A stretch of DNA of 64,000 bases, taken from the NCBI GenBank assembly GCA_965196605.1, contig CBDAKK010000003.1, positions 80,821-144,820 of the forward strand, written 5' to 3'. This DNA comes from Spirochaetia bacterium. GTDB lineage: Bacteria > Spirochaetota > Spirochaetia > WTKD01 > G963693115. The notes below the pieces were generated by a model that saw only the letters and a list, made by a program, of their open reading frames with translations, was not told the origin of the DNA and did not search any database. Each line of letters opens with the position of its first letter. The stretch's first letter is position 1. The translations under genes and the position numbers were made by a program. Below are positions 20,316 to 30,346 of the stretch, one piece after another.

Positions 20316-21175
20316 GTTCCGTACTAGTGTGTGTAGATCTCGGGGGTAGTTTTCTTCGCATTGCCGCAGTTGACAGTCTGGGGAATATTCTTAAGGTAGA
20401 AAAAGAAGACATTCGGCCTTATAAAAAGGACGAAAGCCATCTTGAAGCTTTTATATATGAGGCTGTTCAAAGACACATTGCCCATGCACAAGGGCTTGTG
20501 CAAGCGGTGTGTTTTTCCGTGCCTTGGGTTGTCTCTAACACGCAGTCTTCCTCTTATGCCACAAATTTTTCTTCCACATTTTCGCTCAACGCCATTATCA
20601 ACAAAATACAAAATTACCAGTTGCCCGTGTTTCAGATAAACGACGTAAATGCAGCGACCTTGGGCGAGCAATGGAAGGGCTCTCTACAAGCCGTCCAAAA
20701 TGGAGTGTATCTCAATATTGGCACGGGTGTAAGCTTGGGCATTGTAATACAAGGCGCAGTCTACAGCGGCGCGCATGGCCTAGCGGGCGAAATTGCCTTT
20801 TGTATGAGCTCGGTACAAGAAATGCGCACAGCCACGGTAGGGCAAGCGTGTTTAGAAAAAATCATTGGAGGTGAGAGTCTGCAAAAACACATTGACACCC
20901 CACATCAGCACAGTGACTTGCGCGCAGCCTTTGAAACCTTGGCCATGCATATTATTAACGTGTCTTACATACTCAATCCAAGCATTCTTGTTTTAGGCGG
21001 GGGCGTAATACGCCACCACGCCACGCATGTCGAAGAACTAGCGGCAATGCTGAAGCAAAAAATGCCACGCGACATATGCCCGCGCCTAGTACAAAGCCGC
21101 GTGCCACACGTAGAACTCGTAGGGTGTGCACGACATGCCCTGCGCCATAAGACCACGACAAACTTGCAGGAGTGA
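20312..21175 (+). CDS. ROK-family sugar kinase (glucokinase/N-acetylglucosamine kinase-like)
   Basis: 'VLVCVDLGGSFLRIAAVD' ATPase phosphate-1 motif and 'AHGLAGEIAF'. Confidence 0.75.
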   Translation: MSSVLVCVDLGGSFLRIAAVDSLGNILKVEKEDIRPYKKDESHLEAFIYEAVQRHIAHAQGLVQAVCFSVPWVVSNTQSSSYATNFSSTFSLNAIINKIQNYQLPVFQINDVNAATLGEQWKGSLQAVQNGVYLNIGTGVSLGIVIQGAVYSGAHGLAGEIAFCMSSVQEMRTATVGQACLEKIIGGESLQKHIDTPHQHSDLRAAFETLAMHIINVSYILNPSILVLGGGVIRHHATHVEELAAMLKQKMPRDICPRLVQSRVPHVELVGCARHALRHKTTTNLQE

Positions 21176-21906
21176 AAACAGTTATGAAGGTAAACCTTAG
21201 GTATAAAATTACCAAAGACTATACTCAGTTAAGCGACTGTGCCTCGGATATACTGCTACAAGCCGCGCTCAATGAGAGAGAGGCTACCTTTGTGACAGCG
21301 GCGGGCAGTACCCCCAAGCGTACGTACGAAATGTTTTGTCAAAAATATAAGGCGGAAGGCCTAGCGCCAGATCGAATTCGCATTGTTCTCCTCGATGAGT
21401 GGTGTGGTTTGCCATTTGGGCACCCCTCGTCGTGTTATGCCTTTATAAAAGATACGCTTATAAAGCCCTTGAATATTCCACATGATAATTTCATATATTT
21501 CAACAGTGCCTGCAAAGACACCGAGGCCGAATGTGCACGAATGCAAAAAATTCTCGAGGGTTTGAAAATAAGCGTGTGTGTCTTGGGCACGGGATTAAAC
21601 GGGCACATTGGGTTCAACGAACCCTCAAGGGTGTTTTACGCCAATGTTCATTACACACACTTATCCGCAACCTCACTCGCGCATCCCATGGCACAAGGCA
21701 ATGCCCCGCTCATTACAGGCGGCATTACCCTCGGCATACGCAACATACTTGCGGCTGACACCGTGCTCATGCTTGCCAATGGCGTTAAAAAACGCAAGCA
21801 TATACAACTGCTGGTAAACACCAATACCATTTCGCCCCAGCACCCCCTTACATGCCTTAAGCTACACAAAAATGCCATATGCATTGTAGACCAAAGCTGT
21901 GCATAA
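21172..21906 (+). CDS. nagB: Glucosamine-6-phosphate deaminase/isomerase (NagB family)
   Basis: 'ATFVTAAGSTPKRTYEMF' and 'VCVLGTGLNGHIGFNEP' match NagB-family motifs. Length is 244 aa. Confidence 0.75.
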   Translation: MKTVMKVNLRYKITKDYTQLSDCASDILLQAALNEREATFVTAAGSTPKRTYEMFCQKYKAEGLAPDRIRIVLLDEWCGLPFGHPSSCYAFIKDTLIKPLNIPHDNFIYFNSACKDTEAECARMQKILEGLKISVCVLGTGLNGHIGFNEPSRVFYANVHYTHLSATSLAHPMAQGNAPLITGGITLGIRNILAADTVLMLANGVKKRKHIQLLVNTNTISPQHPLTCLKLHKNAICIVDQSCA

Positions 21907-21954
21907 GCGCTTTGTGGGGGCACGCCCCCACGCCCCCCTTGGGGTAAGACGCTA

Positions 21955-22430
21955 TTTTGCGCTTACGCGCGTGAGGCTGCACGCCGTGTGTGTTCTGCTT
22001 CGCAGTATGTATGCACGCGTGCGTGCTGCCATGGCGTGGGGCGCATTATGATAATGCCTCGGACGGCTGTACTTTCTTTCTTTTCTTTTTGTGCGACGCA
22101 AAAAGAAAAGAAAGAAGAGTACCAAAGAAAGAAAAGAAAAAACCGCTGTGGGGGATGCTCCCCAACACCCCCGAGCATTCAGTGAACATCTTTTGCGCTT
22201 ACGCGCGTGAGGCTACACGCTGTGTGTGTTCTGCTTCGCAGTATGTGTGCACGCTGCGTGCTGCCATGGCGTGGGGCGCATTATGATAATGCCTCGGACG
22301 GCTGTACTTTCTTTCTTTGGTGCGAGTACTCCATTTCTGCACCGTCCATGGCGCTCTTATTTGCCCCATCCATGGGGCGAGCGACCGCTGCGCTCCGCTA
22401 TCTGAATGTCAGCACCCGCTCGCTACGCTT
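21955..22430. repeat. Two tandem ~238 bp repeat units (intergenic repeat family R1) with an internal AAAGAAAAG palindrome
   Basis: 21955-22085 is near-identical to 22193-22317. The palindrome 'ctttctttcttttcttttt-gtgcgacgc-aaaaagaaaagaaagaaga' lies at 22076-22124. Confidence 0.8.
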
Positions 22431-22479
22431 GTGAGCGCGCTCACACAAACTTACTTCCATACGATCTTCATGCTTGCGC

Positions 22480-22800
22480 GCAGTATCTATGGCATTACTG
22501 CTTTAGCACACAGGATGTTTTTGCTATAAGCTCCATCTCTGTGTCGCGTTGCGACACTTATTTTAATCGTTTCTAGCCGCTCGCCTAACGGCTCCCGACT
22601 CTTTTTTTGGTTCTTTTTTTCTCTTTTTGATGCAAGCTCCATGTTTGCACCGCACAGCGGTGCTTATGCAATAGTTGGCATCCCCTCGCTACGCTCGTGA
22701 GCGTCCTCACAGCCGTGCCATGGATGGAGCGCATTGGCTGCCATGGAGGGTAAAAAAGAAAAGAAAGAACGGCCACCCGAATGGATAGCGTATTGAGAAT
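22480..22800. repeat. R1 repeat copy forming the left inverted flank of the DUF285 gene
   Basis: Its reverse complement matches 24945-25260 at ~80% (for example 'gcaagctccatgtttgcaccgcacagcggtgcttatgca' and the 'ccatggatgg...ccatggagggtaaaaaagaaaagaaagaacggcca' core). Confidence 0.75.
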
Positions 22801-23076
22801 AGCTGCTTGGCACGCACGTCCCACGGACGGGACGCATTGTGCGCCAAGGACGGTACAAGAAGCGTTCATACAAGACTGCGTAAGCAAAACTGCGATAGCT
22901 ACCCGCGCGTTAGCGCAGAACTCGCATGATACTCCGCAAGGGGGTGTGGGGGCAGCTCCCCCACAAAGGCAAGCTTGAGCCCCACAAGGGCAAAGTCTCA
23001 TCTAGGGGTTTACATTTCCTAATAATTTCATTATGCTTGCAAATATGAAACAAAACACTTTTTTTAGGAGGACTTT

Positions 23077-24729
23077 ATGAAAAATAATAGTCATAAACAC
23101 ACAAAAACACTTTGTGTAGCACACCTTGTAGTAGCTCTTGCCTTCATGGCTTTGACCCTTGGCGGTTGCGAGCAATTAGGCGATGATCTGGCCCAAAACA
23201 GCATGGGCATTAATAAACTCACCAGCGCTACAGGAGGTGCAGGGGCTTTGCGCGATACATGTACTGCTCAGCCTACGCAGCACCCAAGAAACAAGCAAGC
23301 ATTACAAGCACTGCTTAACAAAGCTATTACCCCAACGACTCCTAGCCCCAATCTCAACTACATTGACACATGGGCCATCACGGATATGAGTAATTTATTT
23401 AAAAACAAATCTACATTCAATGGTGATATACGCTGTTGGGACACCTCCAATGTCACGAATATGGAGAACATGTTTTGGGGGGCTATGAAATTCAACCAAG
23501 ACATTGGTAACTGGGACACCTCCAAGGTCACGAATATGAGCAACATGTTTAGGGACGCTAGAGCCTTCAACCAAGACATTGGTAACTGGGACACCTCCAA
23601 GGTCACGAATATGGAGAGCATGTTTCTTGGTGCTGAAGTTTTCAATCAAGACATTGGTAACTGGGACACCTCCAAGGTCACAGATATGAACCACATGTTT
23701 GCTGATGCTAAAGTTTTCAATCAAGACATTGGTAACTGGAAGACCTCCAAGGTCACGGATATGAGCTACATGTTTCAGGGGGCTACAGCCTTCAACCAAG
23801 ACCTGAGCCGCTGGAATGTAGATAATGTAACTAAGCAGGATCATGTTTTCAACAATGCGACAGAAATGAACAAAAACAAAAGCAAGTGGCCTAAAAAATT
23901 ACTGCGCAATATATGTACTGCCCAATATACTGAGAAGCCACAAAGCACGCAAGAATTACAAGTGCTTATTAACAAAGCTATTACTTCAACAACCCCTAGC
24001 CCCAATCTCAACTACATCGACACATCGGCTATCACCGACATGAGTCGTTTATTTAAAGACAAATATACATTCAATGGCGATATACGCTGCTGGGACACCT
24101 CCAATGTCACGAATATGACACACATGTTTTGGGGTGCTACAGCCTTCAACCAAGACATAGGTAGCTGGGACACCTCCAAGGTCGAGCATATGGGCCACAT
24201 GTTTAGGGAGGCTACAGCCTTCAACCAAGACATTGGTAGCTGGGACACCTCCAAGGTCGAGTATATGTGGGGCATGTTTGAGGGTGCTACAACCTTTAAT
24301 CAAGACATAGGTAGTTGGAAGACCTCCAAGGTCGAGTATATGCAGAGCATGTTTGATGGGGCTAGCGCCTTCAACCAAGACATTAACACGAATACTAAGA
24401 AGAAGACGTGGATCACGTCTGCAGTCACGGATATGCATAGCATGTTTTCTGCTGCTACAGCCTTCAACCAAGACATAGGTAACTGGGACACCTCCAAGGT
24501 CAAGAATATGAAATACATGTTTTCCTGGGCTACAGCCTTCAACCAAGACATTGGTAGGTGGGACACCTCCAAGGTCACGACTATGGAGGACATGTTTTGG
24601 GACGCTAGAGCCTTCAACCAAGACCTGAGCCGCTGGAAGGTAGGGAGTGTGACTAAGTGGAGTCGTATTTTCAAAAATGCGACAGAAATGAACAAAGACA
24701 AAAGCAAGTGGCCTGCAAAATTTAAGTAG
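23077..24729 (+). CDS. DUF285 (BspA-type/Mycoplasma-type) repeat lipoprotein, internally duplicated two-module surface protein
   Basis: Signal peptide with lipobox 'LTLGGC'. More than 14 units of '[16 protein letters not shown]'. Two homologous modules each begin '[31 protein letters not shown]'. RBS AGGAGG upstream. Confidence 0.85.
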   Translation: MKNNSHKHTKTLCVAHLVVALAFMALTLGGCEQLGDDLAQNSMGINKLTSATGGAGALRDTCTAQPTQHPRNKQALQALLNKAITPTTPSPNLNYIDTWAITDMSNLFKNKSTFNGDIRCWDTSNVTNMENMFWGAMKFNQDIGNWDTSKVTNMSNMFRDARAFNQDIGNWDTSKVTNMESMFLGAEVFNQDIGNWDTSKVTDMNHMFADAKVFNQDIGNWKTSKVTDMSYMFQGATAFNQDLSRWNVDNVTKQDHVFNNATEMNKNKSKWPKKLLRNICTAQYTEKPQSTQELQVLINKAITSTTPSPNLNYIDTSAITDMSRLFKDKYTFNGDIRCWDTSNVTNMTHMFWGATAFNQDIGSWDTSKVEHMGHMFREATAFNQDIGSWDTSKVEYMWGMFEGATTFNQDIGSWKTSKVEYMQSMFDGASAFNQDINTNTKKKTWITSAVTDMHSMFSAATAFNQDIGNWDTSKVKNMKYMFSWATAFNQDIGRWDTSKVTTMEDMFWDARAFNQDLSRWKVGSVTKWSRIFKNATEMNKDKSKWPAKFK

Positions 24730-24944
24730 TTCTGTAATGTAAGGTGAGCCTTTGTGGAGGCTAAGGTTATGTCTCTAATAAGGCATATACACCGATAGCT
24801 GTATTGTTGTTGTGGGGGGAGTGTCCCCCCACGCCCCCCTTGGGGTAAGACGCGCTATTGGCGCTATGCGCGAGCAGCGCGGTATCACTTGCAGTGGGCT
24901 AAGACTGATGCCTTTTGTTGCCACGGCGTCAGCGCACTATGCAA

Positions 24945-25260
24945 ACATTTCGGATGGCCGTTCTTTCTTTTCTTTTTTACCCTCCATGGCAGCCAATGCG
25001 CCCCATCCATGGGGCGGCTGTGATGACGCAAAAAGAGTCGAGAGCGTAGCGAACGGGTGCAAACTACTGCATAAGTGCCGCGATGCGGCACAAACATGGA
25101 ACTTGCACCAAAGAAAGTACCAAAGAAAAGAAAAAAACATCCTGTGTGCTAAAGCAGTAATGACATAGATACGCTGCGCAAGTATTAAACAGCACCAAAA
25201 CATGAGCGAAGGGATGCAAACTATTGCATATTGCCTTGTGGAGGGAGTGTCCCCCCACGC
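24945..25260. repeat. R1 repeat copy forming the right inverted flank of the DUF285 gene
   Basis: Inverted relative to 22480-22800. It contains the same ccatgg...aaagaaaagaaag core. Confidence 0.75.
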
Positions 25261-25502
25261 CCCCCACGGGGTAAGACGCGGTATTTGCATATGCAGTGCA
25301 GCGCGGTGTCACTTGCAGTGGGCTAAGACTGATGCCTTTTGTTGCCACGGCGTCAGCGCACTATTGTACCGTTGCAAGTGATTTGAGAAAAAGTTGCAGT
25401 TGAATTGAGAAAATACCGTGTTTTAGCGTGTCTATGTGTGTTTTAACGTGTCTTTACATGGGATTTAATGAGGATAGAGATGTGGTAGTAGAGTGTGTCT
25501 TG

Positions 25503-26327
25503 TCACTCCTCTTGGAACTGCATTAAGTCAACCAAGTCATACTGTTTTTCCAGTGTATAATTTGCGGTGAGCACCTCGGTTTTTTCCTTCTCTCGCGTAC
25601 CGGTTCCTATAGAGACCGTGAATTTCATGCGCTTTGTATCCCAGCGGTGTTTCTGTATGTACTCTTCCAGCACGGGTGAGGGGTAGGAGCTCAGAAGAAA
25701 CTTGCCCTCAATGGCACTAAGTGCTGTGAGGAGCGCAGTGTAGTCTTCTATGGTGTACCCGTCATAGTGACCACAGTCGCTGTTGTAGTATGGTGGGTCG
25801 CAATAGAAGAGGGTGTGAGGGCTGTCGTAGGTACGTATGATTTTAATGGCGTCTGTACACTCAAGTTGTACGTGTTGTAAACGCTGTGCGTAGTGGTAAG
25901 AGAATGTATCGCGTTTGCGTGCTATTTTGCGGGCAGTAGTGCCGCTCATGTCGTATCCGAAAGAGCCATCAAGCATGGAGCAGAACGATTCTTGAGACAA
26001 AACCCACACTGCCCACGCGCGCTCTAAGGGTGAGAAGCGGTGCGGGTTATTGTATGTAACAAGCGCGTCATGGTGTGCCATGCGGCTGTGGAGCGTGATT
26101 TGTATTTGTTTCTCAAGTGAGACAAAGTCCTGCTGTACGATGCGGTAGAAGTTCATAAGCTCACCGTTGGTATCATTGAGTGTCTCCATCTCTGAGGGTT
26201 TCTTTGCAAAGAAGATAGCGGCACCACCACAAAATGGCTCAACGTAGCATGTGTGTGGATGGAGGAGAGGGACGATTTCTTTGACGAGGTTTTGCTTGCC
26301 TCCGTAATAGCTCACTGGCGTCTTCAT
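25503..26327 (-). CDS. DNA adenine methyltransferase, Dam/D12-class (copy B, left arm)
   Basis: 'YYGGK', 'EPFCGGAAIFF' and the catalytic 'DPPY'. It is 98% identical to the 32746..33570 product. Confidence 0.85.
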   Translation of the reverse strand: MKTPVSYYGGKQNLVKEIVPLLHPHTCYVEPFCGGAAIFFAKKPSEMETLNDTNGELMNFYRIVQQDFVSLEKQIQITLHSRMAHHDALVTYNNPHRFSPLERAWAVWVLSQESFCSMLDGSFGYDMSGTTARKIARKRDTFSYHYAQRLQHVQLECTDAIKIIRTYDSPHTLFYCDPPYYNSDCGHYDGYTIEDYTALLTALSAIEGKFLLSSYPSPVLEEYIQKHRWDTKRMKFTVSIGTGTREKEKTEVLTANYTLEKQYDLVDLMQFQEE

Positions 26328-27184
26328 GCAGCCACCTCACATGGTTTGAGTGCATACTCTTGTGCGATGAGCTCTATATCGTAGTTTGCGGTGAGTACTT
26401 CGGTTTTTGATTTGGTATGACCTTGAGATGAATTAGCAATACGTCTCTTAGAACACTGTGTGTGCCAGCCGTATTCCGATATGAAACTCTGCAGAGTGTC
26501 CGAGGGATACGAACTTAAGAGAAACATTCCCTGTATAGCACTAAGGCTTGTTAGGAGTGCGTGAAAGTCATGCTCGGAGTATCCGCCGTAGTGTCCCATA
26601 TGTGCATTAAAGTATGGTGGGTCGCAATAGAAGAGCGTGTGTGGAGTATCATAGCGTTGTATGATAGTGAGCGCATCGTCCGAATCGAGTTGCACATGCT
26701 TGAGGCGTTGCGCGAGTGTGTGAACATCAAAGGCATCTCGTTTGCGCGCGAGTGCGTTACTTGTTGTGCTACGCACGGAGCGAGAGAAACTGAAGGCGCC
26801 GTGGAAGTCGTGTGCGAATGATTGATGCGCTAAGACCCACACAGCCCATGCGCGTTTTACGGGGCTAAAGAGGTGTGGGTTCTGATAGACAACACGTGCA
26901 TCGCTGTGAGCTCTGCGACTATGGGGTGTGCTAATAATAAGAGATGTAAGTTCTTGGTTCTGTGTTTGCACGACTGAAAAGAAGTTAGTAATTTCAGCGT
27001 TGGTGTCATTGAGTGTTTCAATGGGCGCGGGTTCTTTTGCGAAAAAGACGGCCGCGCCGCCACAAAATGGCTCGACATAGCATGTGTGAGGATGCAGTCG
27101 TGGCACGATGGTGCTGGTCATAGACTGCTTACCTCCATAATAGGTAAGTGGTGTTTTCATAAGAAGTTCAAATACTCGGTACAT
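26324..27184 (-). CDS. DNA adenine methyltransferase, Dam/D12-class (copy A, left arm)
   Basis: 'YYGGKQ', 'EPFCGGAAVFF' and 'FYCDPPYFNAH'. It is ~90% identical to the right-arm copy at 31889..32749. Confidence 0.85.
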   Translation of the reverse strand: MYRVFELLMKTPLTYYGGKQSMTSTIVPRLHPHTCYVEPFCGGAAVFFAKEPAPIETLNDTNAEITNFFSVVQTQNQELTSLIISTPHSRRAHSDARVVYQNPHLFSPVKRAWAVWVLAHQSFAHDFHGAFSFSRSVRSTTSNALARKRDAFDVHTLAQRLKHVQLDSDDALTIIQRYDTPHTLFYCDPPYFNAHMGHYGGYSEHDFHALLTSLSAIQGMFLLSSYPSDTLQSFISEYGWHTQCSKRRIANSSQGHTKSKTEVLTANYDIELIAQEYALKPCEVAA

Positions 27185-27334
27185 AGTAGCTTGCTACACA
27201 CCGATATAAAGATATGGTGGTAGCAGTGTTACCGTGTGTGGGGTTGTTTGTTAACACCACATAGGGGCTGTGAGTATTCTTTTACAATACTCGCCAGTGG
27301 GTGCTGGTACACCCGCAGGCTGCCACTTTTTTGT

Positions 27335-27742
27335 TTATGGTAGCGCGTCTTTTTTTGCTTTACTAAGTTTCTTTTGAGCGTCTACATATGCACGGTATTC
27401 GTGGTAGTGGCGGTAGTCAATATTGGTGGTATCCGTGATTTTGTTTATGCACACGCGTATGCCGCAGTTTATGTAGTAGGCTTCGTTTTTGCCTTTTTCG
27501 CGTGCCCAGTTTTGAATGGCAGCGTCAGTTTCTCCGTCAATACAGTCTTCCTGCTCTGCACGCGTGGCGGCGTCTACCCATGTGCCTGTGGTGGTATCGC
27601 CGACCCATGAGGGCTTGAGCATGGCCTGCGGCGGCGGTGTGGTGTGTGCTATGGTAAGACTTAAGTCTTTGGGTGGTGGGCTATCAAACTGCCCTATGAT
27701 GTGTCCATTTTTGTCTAGTTCGTAATATGTTTTTGTGCTCAT
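27335..27742 (-). CDS. Small phage protein in the tail-fibre-assembly-chaperone (P2 gpG) position, left arm
   Basis: 135 aa and 100% identical to 31331..31738. It sits downstream of the tail-fibre-like gene. The functional call is from position and size only. Confidence 0.4.
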   Translation of the reverse strand: MSTKTYYELDKNGHIIGQFDSPPPKDLSLTIAHTTPPPQAMLKPSWVGDTTTGTWVDAATRAEQEDCIDGETDAAIQNWAREKGKNEAYYINCGIRVCINKITDTTNIDYRHYHEYRAYVDAQKKLSKAKKDALP

Positions 27743-27755
27743 TTTTAGTGCTCCT

Positions 27756-28730
27756 TTATGCAGTGCGTTTCCAAATACGCACGGTGTAATTTACGGGTCT
27801 ATTTTCAGCTGCAGTGGTAACTACTGTAGATACGGAAAATCTATATCCTACTCTATCACTGTGTCTTCTAGATGAGCCATCTGACCAACCCCAGTCGTCT
27901 CCTTGATCTACAATGCTCATGTTTTGTTGCGAGCCATAACCCCATCCCAAATTTGTCTTAAATGCAAATGTAAAATCTCGAATAGCATCAGTCTGTTTTC
28001 CTGTTTGAAATTTTTTTGCGCCATAATAGTCGTTGTCCCTACCCTCGGCACGAAAGAAGCAATCTGCGTATTGACTACTGATGTTTTGCCATGTCATGGT
28101 GTTGCCCCAGAGTTGTTGTGGAGTAGGTTGGTTTGGAAACTGGGTGTAGATAAAGCCGATGGGAATGGCGGAATTTAGTACGTCTTTCTTTGCTTGCGTG
28201 ATGGCGTTTTGTGCTTCGGTTTTTGCTTTGGTGATTTCAGCCATAAGTTCACTTTTTAACTGCTGACGTAGTGAGGTAAGAGAATTCCATCCGTGCGCAG
28301 ATTCACGGGGTGTAAGGTCGATGGTATTGTTTTTCACTTGTGCGAGGACAACATCATTGGCTTGTTTGTCCGTAGACAAAACGACATGCACGGTAGTCTT
28401 ATCCCCGCGTGTTTTCCATGTTTGCTTTTGTTGAATATCGTGCGTTGTGGTAGTATCTACAACCGAGTGACGCAGTACCACGAGTCCGTCTTTTTTATCT
28501 ATTGTAGTCTTGGCGGTGAGCGCGAGCCGTTGTCCATTAGGGGCAACAGCATCTCCCGCACTAATGACAACCTTCCCCGCGCCATCCATGCTCACGGTTA
28601 GCCCCGAGAGTACACCCGTGCCTGTGATAGCGTGCGTACTCTCATGTAGCGCATCCTCGGTATTCTGCTGAAGTATATCGAAGTCGTTGGGGGTAGGTGT
28701 CATACCTTCGTAAAAATGATGTTTTTTCAT
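27756..28730 (-). CDS. Putative phage tail-fibre / receptor-binding protein (P2 gpH position), left arm
   Basis: 324 aa and 100% identical to 30343..31317. The Thr/Gly-rich N-terminal part and a C-terminal region ('IGFIYTQFPNQPTPQQLWGN...CFFRAEG') are reminiscent of tail-collar-type domains. Gene order J-I-H-G. Confidence 0.5.
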   Translation of the reverse strand: MKKHHFYEGMTPTPNDFDILQQNTEDALHESTHAITGTGVLSGLTVSMDGAGKVVISAGDAVAPNGQRLALTAKTTIDKKDGLVVLRHSVVDTTTTHDIQQKQTWKTRGDKTTVHVVLSTDKQANDVVLAQVKNNTIDLTPRESAHGWNSLTSLRQQLKSELMAEITKAKTEAQNAITQAKKDVLNSAIPIGFIYTQFPNQPTPQQLWGNTMTWQNISSQYADCFFRAEGRDNDYYGAKKFQTGKQTDAIRDFTFAFKTNLGWGYGSQQNMSIVDQGDDWGWSDGSSRRHSDRVGYRFSVSTVVTTAAENRPVNYTVRIWKRTA

Positions 28731-29338
28731 AAGTTTCTATCTCCTGTGTTTGTATGTGATTTTTTCGTGTTTTCATTAAAAATAACAAAGCCTACATCGG
28801 GTGGGGTGTTGGTCTCTAGGTAACTTGCTAACTCTGTACGTTTTTCTCTCGTACTGTTTTGTATAGAGAGATAGAGCCCCTCACCGTTCATGATGATGCC
28901 TGTTTTGATGGGTGTGCCGTATGGTGCATGTCCTACGGTGAACGCATCCTTAGGCATTTCTATGATGCGGTATCGGTCTTTAAAATTGCTGTTCATGAAT
29001 TCCGTGAGAGCCTTTCTGGTACCGAGGTACTTCATGGTACGCGATGCTAAGGCTAGACGTTCACGCATACTGGTCTCGCTTTCATTCCCAACTTCTGGAA
29101 GCGCTAATGCGTTCGCATGCATGTTCATGTAGTGTCTATTACCCAAAGAGGGGAAGAACCCGCGAAAGAGAGAACGCGTATCGTATATTAGGATACCGAG
29201 CAGTATGTGGAGTACTACATAAAGTTTTCCGAGTTTGGGGCGAGTTCTGTCTTTTTCAAACGAGTGTTGTGCAACTAAAAGCAAAGTGGCTCCGCTCTGC
29301 AACAGGCGATGTGCCACTACTTTACAAAGCAGAGTCAC
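28727..29338 (-). CDS. Phage tail protein I-like (P2 gpI position), left-arm diverged copy
   Basis: 203 aa. The C-terminal 30 aa are identical to the 29768..30346 product, and the remainder is ~60-75% identical. The 5' end abuts and overlaps the baseplate-J fragment. Confidence 0.45.
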   Translation of the reverse strand: MTLLCKVVAHRLLQSGATLLLVAQHSFEKDRTRPKLGKLYVVLHILLGILIYDTRSLFRGFFPSLGNRHYMNMHANALALPEVGNESETSMRERLALASRTMKYLGTRKALTEFMNSNFKDRYRIIEMPKDAFTVGHAPYGTPIKTGIIMNGEGLYLSIQNSTREKRTELASYLETNTPPDVGFVIFNENTKKSHTNTGDRNL

Positions 29339-29763
29339 AGGGCATAGATGGCGTTAGAGAAGCAAAAGTGTTTCGTGCGCCCAGTGGGTTTGGGTCAGTG
29401 CGCGTGGTGCTACGCGGTGCAAACAATACGCAAGTCGGTACTGATATAGTGACAAAGGTGCGTGCTCGACTCGATACAGTGGGGCTTATAGGGCGAAATA
29501 CGGTAGTCGATACCGTAGGATTCGCCCCTCTTACCGTCAGTTGTACCTATGCAGGTACACTTACGGAAACAGAAGCAAAAAAAAGAATAACCGACTATTT
29601 TTATTCGCTTGGCATTGGCACGCGCTATACCATGCAAGATTTATACAACTTGTTTGACGACCAAGATGCCATTCAGTTTACCACGCCAACGGCAAGCGAT
29701 AAGACGCTTGGCAATGATGGTGTATACAAACTTACAAGCGTGAGGGCAACCAAGAAGGTGTAG
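29320..29763 (+). pseudogene. Baseplate J-like protein, C-terminal fragment only (truncated at the inverted-duplication junction)
   Basis: 'VRVVLRGANNTQVGTDIVTKVRARLDTVGLIGRNTVVDTVGF' is baseplate-J C-terminal-like. The upstream part of the ORF (29044-29338) overlaps the antisense I' gene. No N-terminal J domain is present. Confidence 0.5.
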
Positions 29764-29767
29764 TGTA

Positions 29768-30346
29768 ATGGCGTTTGAAAAATTTGTAGAAAAACAGATA
29801 GAAAAAAGCTCGTATGAAGGAGACCGGAAGAAAATACAGCTCGGCCGGTTGTATTCGGTGATGCGAGTATTGTGTGCAGTTGTAGCAAGCGATACACGAG
29901 ATGTGTTTCGAGCATTTTTCCCCGCGTTGGGTACTCGCACTTTTATGGACAGACACGCTAAAGCATTAGCGTTACCACACATTAAAAACGAAAGTGACAA
30001 AAGTTTGAGAGACCGCCTTACTGTTGCAACGCATACGATGACCTATCTCGGTACGCGCCAAGCATTCACTCAGTTTATGGAGAGTAATTTTAAGAGTAGG
30101 TGCCGCGTCATTGAAATGCCGAAGAATGCGTTTACTGTAGGACACCTACCCTATGGCACGCCCATTGGCACTGGCATAATTATGGCTGGCGAAGGACTCT
30201 ATGTGTACGTGCAAAACATTACGGCAGAGGAACGCATTGAGCTTGAAAGTTACCTAGAGACCAACACCCCGCCCGATGTAGGCTTTGTTATTTTTAATGA
30301 AAACACGAAAAAATCACATACAAACACAGGAGATAGAAACTTATGA
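29768..30346 (+). CDS. Phage tail protein I-like (P2 gpI position), right arm
   Basis: 192 aa. It immediately follows the J fragment, overlaps the start of the downstream tail-fibre-like gene, and is paralogous to 28727..29338. Confidence 0.45.
   Translation: MAFEKFVEKQIEKSSYEGDRKKIQLGRLYSVMRVLCAVVASDTRDVFRAFFPALGTRTFMDRHAKALALPHIKNESDKSLRDRLTVATHTMTYLGTRQAFTQFMESNFKSRCRVIEMPKNAFTVGHLPYGTPIGTGIIMAGEGLYVYVQNITAEERIELESYLETNTPPDVGFVIFNENTKKSHTNTGDRNL

Noticed and set aside
24812-25168. 118 aa ORF (and similar ORFs at 22585..23001 and 22664..22873) sharing the peptide 'GRSFFSFLPSMAANA.HPW.GC.D'
   Set aside because: These lie entirely within copies of the R1 intergenic repeat. The amino-acid conservation simply mirrors nucleotide conservation. 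There is no RBS and no coding periodicity beyond the repeat, so they are likely spurious.
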